From the NCBI GenBank assembly GCA_964016885.1, contig OZ024741.1, forward strand, positions 335,792,001-335,856,000: DNA of 64,000 nucleotides, written 5' to 3'. The position numbers and the translations under genes are program-made. The notes beneath the pieces are model-generated. The model saw nothing but the letters and a program-made list of their open reading frames with translations. It ran no database searches and was not told where the DNA came from. Origin of the DNA: Eledone cirrhosa. Taxonomy: Eukaryota. Below, one piece after another: positions 12,550 to 25,178 of this stretch; within the stretch, counting starts at the first letter, position 1, and every line of letters begins with the position of its first letter.

Positions 12550-13243
12550 AACGAATATAGTGAAGAGTTTAGCGTAAAAGTTGGCGTCCATCAGGGCTCT
12601 GTTCTCAGCCCCCTACTATTTATTATTGCCCTTCAGGCTATAACAGAGGAGTTCAAGACCGGCTGCCCATGGGAACTCCTATACGCAGACGACCTGACAC
12701 TCATAGCGGAATCAATGGCCGAGCTAGAGAAGAAATTCCAAACATGGAAGCACGGCCTAGAATCAAAAGGCCTTAAAATTAACCTGGCTAAGACTAAAGT
12801 TCTAGTTTGTAGGAAAGAAAATAAGGCGGCGGTCCCTTCTGGGAAATGGTCGTGCTCGGTGTGTAGGAAAGGCGTAGGTAGAAACTCCATTTTATGTCCT
12901 AAATGCAAAGTATGGGTGCATAAAAGATGTAGTGGGATCACAGGTAAGCTAACTAAGAACATAGATTTTACATGTGGCAGGTACTCTGGTGCAATAAGTA
13001 GCAGCAAGTGCCCACAAAATTCTAGCTCTTTCAATTGCGCAGAGGTTCTATAGAAATAGTGGACAGTTTCCGTTACCTGGGTGATAAAATCAGCAGTGGG
13101 GGAGGGTGCTCTGAAAGTACAGTAGCTAGAGTCAGAACTGGTTGGAAAAAGTTCAGAGAGCTTATACCACTATTAGCTGCTAAAGGGTTCTCCCTAAAAG
13201 TGGAACACGGACGTTAAACGTTGATGATGATGATGATGATGAT
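12550..13243 (+). mobile_element. RTE subfamily B, 5'-truncated and internally deleted
   Basis: RT from NEYSEEF to KGFSLK, then jumps directly to the terminal tggaacacggacgttaaacgtt(gat)n at 13201. Confidence 0.9.
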
Positions 13244-14005
13244 ATATATGTATATATATATATGTATGTATATATATATATATATATGTTATCTCTTTCT
13301 CTTAATTTTGAGTATATTTTTTTGACCGGCCACGTTCCTGGTGGCAAGGTTGTAAAAGAAAAGAAATTGTCATCCCTTGAATCGCAAGAATGTTTTGCAA
13401 ATTTTGAAGGTGCCAGCTATCGCAGCCATTTGTAGACTATGAATTAGGGAGCTGCGCTTTGAAAATGACAATAATTTTATACCAGATGTGAAAATGATGA
13501 TGATGGTGATGATGATAACAATGGTTATTTTACAACCAGATGCCCTTCTAATGCCAATCCTTTTAGTCACTGCTAACAAACAATATACAGGGTTAGGATG
13601 TACCTATTTTAAACCAGATGTAAAAATATTGATGATGATTATGATGATAACATTGGCTATTTTACAGTTCAGTTGTAAATTAGTGAGACAATAGTGAATT
13701 AAACTTTGGTTATTTCATGAATCAACTGCAGCTTACATTTTGGCCACGATATCCCATAAATAATTTCTTTTTAACTCACATGTTCAGACTTAAGATATAT
13801 ATTTTTACTATATTTTATTCAGGTATTGATTTTCATTTTGATGTAGTCATAATGCACAAGATACTAAATTTGAAGCACATAGTCTACAGTTCATGACATT
13901 GTTATAAATTTTTTATCTCTCAACTTAGTTTGATGTACAGTAACAGTCAAAAATACTAAAATACAATGCTTTCTCCTATAAAATTGTCTATATTTATCAT
14001 CATTG

Positions 14006-14042
<37 letters not shown>

Positions 14043-14374
14043 TGGATTGGTTGTAAGTCAATTTCTGCGTGTGGGTAATCCATGAAGCGGTGGTCGGAAG
14101 AGGAGAGATGTGGGGTGCGCGCGCAACAGGAAGTGGTCAGCAGTGGGAGTGCTGTGGTCTGTTAGTGCTGGGAGGTGGTTAAGTAAGTAAGTAAAAATTA
14201 AAAAAAAAAATTTTTTTTAAAAGATTTTCTTATTTTACGTCTTTTATATTATTGTTCTGCATCCTCCTGCATTGAACCACCTAGGTACTATGACATAACC
14301 TGTGTATTTGCTGGCATAGGCGTGCATCTGTGCGCTTATGTTAGTTGATATATTAAATTATCTATATATATATA

Positions 14375-14472
14375 CAGTGTCCCCAAAAATATATACAGAC
14401 TTCAATAGCATTCTAATAAATATTGTCTGAACAGGTAATCAAAATGTATATCCATTTTTTGGGGACACCCTG
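14375..14472. mobile_element. Tc1/mariner-type MITE
   Basis: TA-cagtgtccccaaaaa...ttttttggggacaccctg-TA terminal inverted repeats. Confidence 0.8.
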
Positions 14473-14875
14473 TATATATAATCATCGTTGTTTAACGTCC
14501 ATTTTCCATGCTAGCATGGGTAGGATGGGCAGTCCCTTAGTGAGAGATAATCTCAGAGGACCTTGATACATATATGTATATATATATATTCTTAGCATGG
14601 GTTAGACAAGACGTTTTGCAAAAGGTTCTTCCTTATGGCCATATGCCCCTCCTAACACCAACTTATTTTAAGTTTGGTATATATCCCATTGCCATTTCTT
14701 GAACGCTCAGAACTTAATGTTTATTGGGGAGAGGTGGACCAATAACAAAACTACTTCAGTTTATAATCCGTGTTGATACAATGATTGTGGAAATTGGCAC
14801 ACACATATTTCTCTCACTATTTCTCTCCCCCTCTCCCTCCTCTCCCCTTGCTCTCTCTCCCTCACTCTATATATA

Positions 14876-15062
14876 ATAATTGTTTCTATTTTAGGCACAA
14901 GGCCAGCAAATTACCCAGTACATTACTGGTACTTTATTTTATTGACCCCGTAAGGATGAAAGGCAAAGTTAATCTCGGCGGGATTTGAACACAGAATGGC
15001 AAGGGCCGCAACTCTATGCGTCAAAGCATGGCGCCCGACCCTCTACCGATACTGCCAATCCA
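14876..15062 (-). mobile_element. Meta-like SINE
   Basis: Same family as 3745-3929. Confidence 0.85.
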
Positions 15063-15063
15063 C

Positions 15064-15315
15064 ATAACATTAAGAAAGACGCTGACGTTACATATATCGT
15101 TTATTCAATATAATTATTTCAACGGTTCTCCCATGCAATCAAGATGTAATTCATGCATTTGATGTTGTTATGAGAACGGTATCCTCAGATGAAATTTGAT
15201 TTTGCGATATGCCGCCGGCAGGAAAAACACGTTCTTCTGCTCATGTGGGAGAACTGTTGAAATAATTATAATGAATAAACGATTTATGTAACATCAGCAT
15301 CTTTCTTAATGTTAT
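15064..15315. mobile_element. Internally deleted copy of the long-TIR element at 55975-57730
   Basis: ~70-bp inverted ends (ataacattaagaaagacgctgacgttac / gtaacatcagcatctttcttaatgttat); interior matches 55975-56140. Confidence 0.75.
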
Positions 15316-15329
15316 TATTATACTGAATC

Positions 15330-15513
15330 AAGGGCGGTGAATTGGCAGTATCAGTAGAGGGTCGGACATGCTTTCCAGCATAGTTACGTCCCTTTACAAT
15401 CTGAGTTCAAATCCAGCTGATGTTATCTTTGTCTTTCATCATTATGGGGTCGATAAAATAAAGTACCAGTAATACACTGGGATAATTGCTGGCCTTGTGC
15501 CAAAGGTAGAAAC
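15330..15513 (+). mobile_element. Meta-like SINE with target-site duplication
   Basis: Flanked by attattatactgaatc on both sides. Confidence 0.9.
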
Positions 15514-15639
15514 AATTATTATACTGAATCTCCATCGTAACTACAAACTACGAATGTTGAGAGCTTTCTCTTGCTTGCTCCTTTTTTAACCAAAACAATC
15601 TCTTCCAAACCTATATATATACATATATATATAAGAAGA

Positions 15640-15868
15640 GAGACAAGATCCCAGACCTCATTTGCTTAACGAGTGAGGTGGAGCTCGTCAAATTAGACCG
15701 AGGAAACAATGTTTCCATTGGTCTTTCCAATTGCTAATACTATCTGTCGATTGCAACTCCAGGTAGAAGTGTCCTGCTCAAGGACATAACGCATCATCTG
15801 GTCCAGAAATCAAACTCACAACCACTCGATTGTGAATCCAATTCTTTAACCACTCTGCCACACGCCTT
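15640..15868 (-). mobile_element. CORE-like tRNA SINE (related copies 16466-16714, 23558-23785)
   Basis: Minus strand: ggcgtgtggcagagtggttaaag...gagtttgatttc...ccttgagcaggacac. Confidence 0.7.
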
Positions 15869-16023
15869 AATATATATATATATCATCTTCTACAGTCAGC
15901 TCTACTCCTACCCCCAACTGCACTACCATCCTGTCGAGTCTATCTTAATTCCCCTTCTTCAATTATCCCCCCGCCTGCCTGAGACTACTGTTATTCATAC
16001 TGTGTCTGCTATTGAATTTTAGT

Positions 16024-16073
16024 TCTTGTCTGATGACCCTATGATAAACAAGTGAAATTCCAGAATAACAAGA
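16024..16073 (+). ncRNA. Hammerhead ribozyme motif with decayed stem II
   Basis: tcttgt CTGATGA ccctatgataaacaagt GAAA ttc-ca-gaa TA acaaga; stems I and III pair, stem II poorly. Confidence 0.65.
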
Positions 16074-16764
16074 CTCACTTTTCAGCCTTTATAAAATGAA
16101 TATTTAAACCCTACTTCTGTATTGAGTACTTGTTTCTCTCAGCTGTCAACTACATACAGATATATGCATATATATTGACTTTCACACAGTTTTGTTCAAC
16201 AATATTTTCTCAGAAAGTATTGGTAGACCCATGGCTACAGTCTAAAATAGTTGCTCTTGATGCCACACAATTGGACTGATCTGGAAAGTTCCTTGGTTGC
16301 AACACAAACTTGATTATACAGCCATGTCTGCATATTCTTTATATCTTTTACTTATTTATTTTCCTCTTTTCTAAAATTTATATTAACAAAACTATCTCCT
16401 GTTGTTTATTGTATTAGAGCAATTTAAAACACTATTGCTTATTTCCATGAAATATGACAGTTGATTGACAAGATCCCAGAACTCACTCGCTTAACAAGTG
16501 GGGTGGAGCTCATCAAATTGGACTGAGGAAACAATGTTTCTATTGGTCTTTTCACCTGTTAATACTATCTACCGGTTACAAATCCAGGCAGAAGGAGTAA
16601 TGTGAAATAAAGTGTCATGATGAAGGACATAACACATCACCCAGTCTGGGAATCGAAATCACAACCTCACAATTTTGAATCCAATTCTCTAACCACTCAG
16701 TCATGTGTCTTCACAAATATCTGACTTCAATGTTTACTTAAGTTATTGTACATCAACGTATGCT

Positions 16765-17052
16765 GATCTGGCACCATAACAAAAGTAACCAGTCAACACT
16801 GTAAGGTGGTCATGCTGGTGACAACAAACACATACCCAGTCCACCCTGTAAAGTAGTTGTGTTGGTCACATATCAAAAAGTACTCTGTTCAACCTGTAAG
16901 TTTGTTGGTGTTAGGAAGTGCATCCAGCTGTAGAAACCAAGTCAAAATACAGATCAGTATGAACAAGACGTGGTTTCTGGACTGGACCTGATTACAATGT
17001 AACAACCTGTCTAACCCATGCAAGTACGCAAAACGAATGTTAAATAATGATA
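16765..17052 (+). mobile_element. Non-coding element made of the RTE 3'-UTR repeat plus RTE terminus
   Basis: Repeated cactgtaaagtggt units, then gttaggaag.gcatccagctgtagaaacc and an RTE-like end; similar elements at 18690-19180, 36915-37355, 45350-45620, 47635-47790, 50915-51322. Confidence 0.7.
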
Positions 17053-17380
17053 ATTGTTTCTACTTCTGGCACAAGGCCAGCAATTATCCCAGTGTATTAC
17101 TGGTACTTTATTTTATCGACCCCGTAAGGATGAAAGGCAAAGCTAACCTTGGCAGGATTTGAACTCAGACCATAAAGGACTGTAACTCTTTGCTACAAAG
17201 CATGGCGTCCGACCCTCTACCGATACTGCCAATTCACCACCTTTGTTAAATAATGATAATTGTTTCTACATTTGGCACAAGGCCAGCAATTATCCTAGTA
17301 CATTACTGGCACTTTATTTTATCGACCCCGTAAAGATGAAAGGCAAAGTCAACCTCGGCAGGATTTGAACTCAGATCAGA
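17050..17380 (-). mobile_element. Two tandem Meta-like SINEs
   Basis: Each preceded by tgttaaataatgataattg. Confidence 0.85.
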
Positions 17381-18345
17381 AAGCAGCAAGCATTTTAGGG
17401 CCATTTTCCTGGCTAAAGTAAGAATTAGCCTTGCAGGCCTCATGACAATTGTCATATTTATCACAAATCCTTTTCAACATAATGGGTTGCAGCTGGTTTC
17501 CCTTTCTCTTGCTAAGGTTTCTAGTCCCCTCCTATGACATGCAGAAGTTATTAAGTGTTAGTATAATAAGAAATATATCAATTTATGAATCATTATTGAC
17601 TCTTAACACTTTCATTACCGTATTTCTATGTAAATTTCCTGAGTAGGCTGTTCTAATATAATTGGAACACTCAATCTTCTCAGAACCAACAGAGGCCAAC
17701 ACACACACACCGACTGACACACAGACATGCACAGAGTGATAGATACATGGAGAAAGAGAGAGAGAGAACTAACAGAGGGCCAACAGAGAGACACACACAC
17801 ACACATATAGAGGGAGAGAGAGAGAGTCAACCAGTCTGTCTGTAACAAGCAGGCCAACCAATGGTGGTATGGAAAATTAGGCGTAAAATGATGATTTAGT
17901 GGTTACCTAGTAAAAACCGTCCTGTGGTGTAGGTTTGGGAATTAATATATAAAGCAATTAGTTTACGAGGCAATTAGTGTGGAAGGCTGGGAATCTGTTC
18001 TTAGAAAGTATCCATTAATTCATGTGATCCAAAGTGTCTTCTTATATAATTTCAACACACATTAAGTACTAAATCTATATTATCCAATAATTTATTCAAA
18101 GATATCATCTCTTTCTCTCTCATACACACAGACAGACACACAAACTCACTCTCATACACATACTTACAAACACAAACATTCAGTCACACACACACACACA
18201 CACACAAACATGCACATACACACATACATACACTCACATACATTCACTCCCACACACTGACATCCACACACGTACACATGCACACACTAACAGACACATG
18301 CACACACACACTAACACTCACACACCCACACGCTCACTCACAAAC

Positions 18346-18379
<34 letters not shown>

Positions 18380-18429
18380 CCATATATACATCCTGCTTTA
18401 TCCATGGCAAATTTCAACCATAATTTTCA

Positions 18430-18655
18430 ATATGGTAGAAACCACTGACTTTAGTGCTTTGGAGTTGAAGACTTACACAAACATACAAACAAACAATGGG
18501 CTTCCACTGAGTCCCTGTCTACTAAATTTCCCCATAAGGTATTGGCTTAATTGAGGTAATAGTAGAAAACACCTGCACAAGGTACCAACCAGAGGGACAA
18601 CTCAGAACTACATACTTTGCAAGCAAACTTCTAAAACACACAGCCGTGACTGGTC
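18430..18655 (-). mobile_element. tRNA-derived SINE, third family (related copy 16170-16330)
   Basis: gggcttccac..gtctactaaatt..cataaggtattgg..agtagaaaacacctgcacaagg shared with 16176-16330. Confidence 0.55.
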
Positions 18656-19616
18656 TACACACGCACACATAATTATATATATATACACTGCTGTAAAGTT
18701 TTTGTGTTGGTGACATGACAAAAAACATTCAGTCCACCCTGTAAAGTATCCATGTTGGTGACATGACAAAAAGCACCCGGTCCACCTTGTAAAGTAGTCA
18801 TGTTGGTGACATGACAAAAAGTGCCCAGTACACATTGTAAAGTAGTCATGTTGGTGACATAACAAAAAGCGGCCAGTCCACCTTGTAAAGTGGTTGTGCT
18901 GGTGACATGACAAAAAGTACCCAGTCCACATCATAAAGTAGTCATGTTGGAGACATGTTGAAAAAGTACCCAGTCCAATCTCAGTTGGTTGTTTTGATGC
19001 CATGATAAAAGCACCCAGTTCATGTGGTTGATGTTAGGAAGGGCATACAGCCATAGAAATGAGGCCAGAAACAATTCTGTATGAACAAGAAAATTTCCTC
19101 TGATCGAACTTGTCTCACAATGGGACAACTCATCCATGCTAGAATGGAAAAATGGACGGTAAATGGTGATGATGATGATAGTGAAGTCTTGTGGTTTTGT
19201 AGTCAGGGAGCTTAGCTCACAATCATAAGATTGTGAGTTTAATTTCTGGTGGCATGTTGTATCCTTGAGCAACACACTTTATTTCATGCTGCTCCTGTCC
19301 ACTCAAGTTTTCTATGGCTGGTTCCTATTAATACAAATATACATATATATATAATTATAAACAAAGAAAAAGATAGAATCTAGTTCTAGACTCGTTTAAC
19401 ACTTTACAATTGTTTCAGCAATGCCATGGATCACAGTTAGTGAAAAGGATAAATTTGTGTATAAGATGTGTAAAGAAAAATAAAGAAAGCGAAAACATGG
19501 CATTATCTCCTCTGAAGCAAAACAACTATAAAAATAAAACAAAATACACTGAAGTCAAACCCTCTAGGGCAAGGTACAGCCAGTGGAGATTTACATCTCA
19601 ATATGTTGCACTTATT

Positions 19617-19815
19617 ATGAGAGTCAGCTGAAAAGTTCATAGACTGACCAAGATACTCTCATGGAATGACCAAATGAGGTTTATTTTTCAACATAGTTCC
19701 TGTAAAGAAACAATGCAGTTATTAAGAAGAAGAGTTGAAATTAATGCATGTAAGATTTCACAGCCTAGCATCGACACTTTCATAGTCAGCCTATGAACTT
19801 TTCAGCTCACCTTTT
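19617..19815. mobile_element. Mariner-type MITE
   Basis: TIRs gagtcagctgaaaagttcatagactgac / gtcagcctatgaacttttcagctc, TA-flanked; partial copy at 20760-20934. Confidence 0.75.
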
Positions 19816-20123
19816 TATATATATATATATATAATATAAAGTATATATCTTTTGTTTATTACTATTATTATTATTATTACGGGGTCGATAAAATAAAGTA
19901 CCAGTAATGCACTGGGTATTTGCTGGCCTTGTGCCTAAATTAGAAACAATTATTATTATTATATACATATATAGCTTTGGCCTAGCTGTATTCATATATG
20001 TTTCATATATGTAAAGATATATGGTGTGTTTAATAAATAAACATTTTGAAAACCCAGCTATGAATATTGAAAGCCTGATGGGCAGCACTATCTAGTGGAT
20101 TCCAGCAGAAGCAGCTAGGGACA

Positions 20124-20168
20124 ACTGTATAATGCACATTTCAAACTAATGGCTCTCATCAGAACAGT
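20124..20168 (-). ncRNA. Degenerate hammerhead ribozyme motif
   Basis: Minus strand: actgtt CTGATGA gagc-catta-gttt GAAA tgtgca TT atacagt; one bulge in stem I. Confidence 0.55.
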
Positions 20169-20202
20169 GCTTATATATGTATTTATAAATTTTATATGGA
20201 AT

Positions 20203-20385
20203 AATAATTGTTTCTACTTTTGGCACAAGGCCGGCAATTACCCAGTTTATTACTGGTACTTTATTTTATCGACCCCGTAAGGATGAGAGGCAAAGTTAAC
20301 CTCGACGGGATTTGAACTTAGACCATAAAGGGAAACAACTATGCTAGAAAGCATGGCGTCCAACCCTCTACTGATACTGCCAATT
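20203..20385 (-). mobile_element. Meta-like SINE
   Basis: Family match. Confidence 0.85.
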
Positions 20386-21179
20386 GTTTCTGCAATTGGC
20401 ACAAAGCCTCATTACGCTATGTTGCAAGCAAACAGCCTCATTACGCTATGTTGTTTTTTTTATGACCACCGTCATCCATTTGTTCTAGCAGTGGTATCAA
20501 GAAACAGTCAACATGTTTCTGGGTTATTGCCCTTTGTCAAGACTGTTTACCTCTCTGCCATTCACTTGAACTGTTGAAAATATATAATGTTATCTAAAAT
20601 AAAGTATACATCAGCTGATTATCCTCATTTGCATACTGAGCGATTTTATGGTTGGCTTTGCCAAAAATTACTATCAAAATTAGAATTTGATTTCTATGAA
20701 TGGAATATTATTATTATTTGATATAAAACCCATAAATACATTTATGTAACCCACTATGTGAGACCAAGATTCTCTCATGGAATGATGAGATGAGGTTTAC
20801 TTTGCAACATAGACCCTGGAGAGAAACAATGTAATTTTTAATAAAAAGTGTTGAAATTAATGCATGCAAGATTTCACAGCTCTAGCATCACGCCTTCATA
20901 GTCAGTCTATGAACTTTTCAGCTGACTCTTGTATATTAATTTAATGATAAGGAATGAAGATGTTTGAAAATAAAAGGACAAATAATTGTCCGAAATAGAG
21001 ATAACGCCGAAATCAATTATTTCTGTGGTTGACAATTTATTTTGTAGATTTTATGTTGTCTTGCTTATTAAATTACATTTTAATTATCTGATCTATTCTC
21101 TGACAATAAAATTTGTAAGGTTTTAATAATTTTTTCCAAATTATAGCTAGGAATTATCTTTATTCAATGCTTTCATATG

Positions 21180-21452
21180 GAAATGCATGGTCAAGTGGTA
21201 AGGTTGTTAGACTCAGCGTCTAATGACATGGGTTTGATTACTGGACTGAGTTGTGTGTTGTGTTCTTGAGCAAAGCACTTCATTTCACATTGCTCCAGTA
21301 TACTCAGTTGAAAATGAGTATCAGAAATAGCTGGGGTTTAACACTGCGATTTACTGCCGTCCTTTCCAGGGGCAAATCTTGTACTTAACGCCACAAAACC
21401 AGGATAACCACTGGCCTCACAAACTTTCTGCTCAAGACAAATTTTAGACTTT
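21180..21452 (+). mobile_element. CORE-type tRNA SINE
   Basis: tggtcaagtgg A box, ggtttgatta B box, cttgagcaaagcacttcatttcac CORE-like segment. Confidence 0.7.
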
Positions 21453-21599
21453 TAGAATGCTTTCATAGTTTTCTATATAAATAGTGTTTATTTTTCTTCT
21501 GATTGAGCTGTCTCTGTTGAATAACACAACATCCTGTAATGCATGAAACTGCATCAGCAAAACATTCTTGATAATTTAAAACTAGCACTATAATATTGA

Positions 21600-22212
21600 A
21601 AATTAAAGTCTAGTTTACTGCAAATTTTCGCTAGATGATGATCTCACTACTAGTAATGATATTATAAACATTTGAATTTACAAACTTGTTTTTAGATATT
21701 TTCTGCTAAATCATTCCCGGATTTTAATAGAAAATACTGCAAATTGTTCACAATAATATCCACACTTGTAAAGTTCCTATAAACATGAATTAACAAACCT
21801 ATTTTATGATAGATAGTTTTTGTTAAATCATTGCAAATTTTTCACAAGTCTTCACACTAGTAAAGCTACTATAAACCTTTGAACAAACCTGTTTTTAGAT
21901 ATTATAAGCGATATTACTGAGAATGTTCACTACAATCTGTCCACCAGTAAAGCTACTATGAACATTTGAATTAACTACTTTTGGGATATTTTTGGCTAAA
22001 TCATTATAGGATGTTAGGGGATAATATTATAAATTTTCACAACAATCTGTCCACCAGTAAAGCTACTATAAATATTTGAGTTAACAAACATGTTTTTAGA
22101 CATTTTCTGCTACATCATTATAGGATGTTATGATATAATACTGCAAATTTTCACAATCTTCACACTAGTAAAGACACTACAAACATTTGAATTAACAAAC
22201 CTGTTTTTAGAT
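21600..22212 (+). repeat. ~110-120-bp tandem repeat array (about 5 diverged units)
   Basis: Recurrent agtaaagctactataaacatttgaattaacaaacctgtttttagatattttctgctaaatcatt. Confidence 0.8.
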
Positions 22213-22592
22213 GTATTATTATTATATATTTTATTTATTATATATATTTTTTACCCTATTAATGTAGTATTACGTTTTTTTCCGAAGAGTTGTTCTTTCT
22301 TTCTTTTTTTTATAAATTAAACTGTCTTTAACATGACTTTTAGAAGCTGCCCTGAAATTGCCCCTATTTTACAATTCAAAGCTGGTTATTTTAACATGCT
22401 TATACATACCAAAAAAACACTCTATCATGATATTACATTAAAACTCTTTGTTATTTTCAAAATTATTTGAAAGTCATAAGCTTTGTCTTTCATTAGAAAT
22501 ATTGTAATGAAAGGTTTAAAGTGTTTATATTATCTAAAAACCTTCTACGATAATTCAATGTAAGAAACCTTATGTTCCAAATAACAGCTTAA

Positions 22593-23049
22593 CCCTTTAG
22601 AATTTACATTACTTTATATTTACTATTGTATTTACACAGCAATTATCTCACATAATATCGAATCTATGAAATTATCTCACATAATATTGAATCTATGAGA
22701 TTTTGATGATATTTATTTTGAAAACAATACCTTAACGTTAGTATGAGTGGCCAGTTACAGCCAGTTTGAACAGAAAGAGGTGGGAGAATTCTGGCCGGAT
22801 ACAGCCGGTTTAACCCTTTAGCATTTACATTACTCTATATTTACTATTGTATTTTCACTGTAAACACTTTATTTCACATAATTATCTCACATAATATCGA
22901 ATCTATGAAATTTTGATATTATTTATTTTGAGAACAATACCTTAACATAAGTATGAGTGGCCTGTTACAGCCAGTTTGAGCAGAAAGAGGTGAGAGAATT
23001 CTGGCCGGATACAGCCGGTTTAAATGCTAAAAGGTTAAATGCTAAAGGG
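22593..23049. mobile_element. piggyBac-type MITE with a second copy (22814-23034) nested in its right TIR
   Basis: TTAA|CCCTTTAG...CTAAAGGG|TTAA outer ends; inner copy bounded by TTAA at 22810 and 23035. Confidence 0.9.
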
Positions 23050-23127
23050 TTAATAATAAAAAATGTTATATAACTAAATTTTTAATTAGAAATATGGTAA
23101 TGAAAGGCTTAAATAGCAAATATATAA

Positions 23128-23298
23128 TTATTTCTACTTTTGGCACAGTGTATTACTGGTACTTTATTTTATCGACCCCGTAAGGATGAAAGGCAAGTTA
23201 ACCTCGGCGGGATTTGAACTCAGAATGGCAAGGGCCGTAACTCAATGCGTCAAAGCATGGCGTCCGACCCTCTACCGATACTGCCAATCTACCGCCCT
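23128..23298 (-). mobile_element. Meta-like SINE
   Basis: Family match; TSD-like aaata.caaatatataat. Confidence 0.85.
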
Positions 23299-23384
23299 TA
23301 AATAACAAATATATAATAATATATATTTTGGTTGTTTGTATATGATAATTAACTTATAATCTACAATATAGCATGCCTGGTTCG

Positions 23385-23925
23385 GTAATACACTGGGATA
23401 ATTGCTGGCCTTGTGCCAAAGGTAGAAACAAATATTATACTGAATCTCCATCGTAACTACAAACTACGAATGTTGAGAGCTTTCTCTTGCTTGCTCCTTT
23501 TTTAACCAAAACAATCTCTTCCAAACCTATATATATACATATATATATAAGAAGAGAGACAAGATCCCAGACCTCATTTGCTTAACGAGTGAGGTGGAGC
23601 TCGTCAAATTAGACCGAGGAAACAATGTTTCCATTGGTCTTTCCAATTGCTAATACTATCTGTCGATTGCAACTCCAGGTAGAAGTGTCCTGCTCAAGGA
23701 CATAACGCATCATCTGGTCCAGAAATCAAACTCACAACCACTCGATTGTGAATCCAATTCTTTAACCACTCTGCCACACGCCTTAATATATATATATATC
23801 ATCTTCTACAGTCAGCTCTACTCCTACCCCCAACTGCACTACCATCCTGTCGAGTCTATCTTAATTCCCCTTCTTCAATTATCCCCCCGCCTGCCTGAGA
23901 CTACTGTTATTCATACTGTGTCTGC
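23385..23925 (+). repeat. 541-bp direct duplicate of 15469-16009
   Basis: Near-identical base by base; I found one substitution. Confidence 0.92.
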
Positions 23926-24350
23926 AGACACCAATACTTTTGTATAAATCATAATTTGAGTTGTTTTAAGTTTCAACATATATATACACTATTTCTATTA
24001 TAGTGCTCTAATGTAATTAAACCTATATATATATATATATACAAACTTACACACATATACATATACAAATTTTGTTTGTGAGTGTTTATATATATGTATT
24101 GTGTGTGTGTATATATATGTGTGTGTGTGTGTATGTATGTTTATATGAAAGTATATGCGTATATATATATGTATAAGTATGTAATTAAGTATATATATAT
24201 TTATACTTATCATCATCATCATCACTATTTTACGTCTATTCTTCCACACTAGCATGGTTTATATATGTGTGTGTGTGTGTACGTGTACATATGTATATTT
24301 ATATGAAAGTATATATATATATATTTGTGTATAAGTATGTAATTATATAT

Positions 24351-24432
<82 letters not shown>

Positions 24433-25040
24433 GTTATAATGTTCTGTTGTGTGTGTTAATGTACTGACAAAGCATTATGTTGTAATAATATACACCATAT
24501 ACCATATTCACTGTAGGAAATAGCATTTCCAACATTTCCAACAGTTTCCTGTCGCAAGTTTGGTGTATCAGTGCATCAGAGTACATCAATAAATAATAAT
24601 TAAATGAAGACTAGGAGTTGATACCAAAACAATCTCTTTCCTCAACTTCATTAAATAAACATCCTGTAACTGGAGGAAATATCACAAATCAATTATTATT
24701 TTAATCAATATGTATAGTTGTACTGGCTGGTTATCATTAAACACTGTATTTAACTTATTTTAAATCTATTTTTAATTAAAAACAAACTTGTGTATATATA
24801 TTGGGTTTATATGTGTGTATCTATATATATATGTACTATACATTGTTTGTGCGTATGTCTGTGTATATATATATATAATTTATTAATATATATATATATA
24901 TAAGAAAAAGGGATATGCAATTTGTTGGTAATTCAACAAATATAAATGTTTATAACTGATTCAGATCACTTGACAGGTTTTCTGGAGTATAATATTCAAT
25001 GGTATTAAATAAATGGAAACTATATTTATAAAACCATATT

Positions 25041-25101
25041 TATTCTATTATATATATTTCAAGGATACCAAAACTTTGGTATGCTTTCATCAGATAAAAT
25101 A
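25041..25101 (-). ncRNA. Intact minimal type-I hammerhead ribozyme (family H-A)
   Basis: Minus strand: tattttat CTGATGA aagcatacca-aagttt-tggtatcctt GAAA tatata TA atagaata. Confidence 0.85.
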
Positions 25102-25178
25102 CGAAGTGTGTTTTATAAATGTTGACATAACCAAGAAAAATATACCTTAACGGTTCAAGTTTTCCTTGGATATATATA

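Noticed and set aside
18690-19020. CRISPR-like regularly spaced repeats (also 36915-37200, 50915-51160)
   Set aside because: Contiguous degenerate tandem units without unique spacers; eukaryotic context and no cas genes
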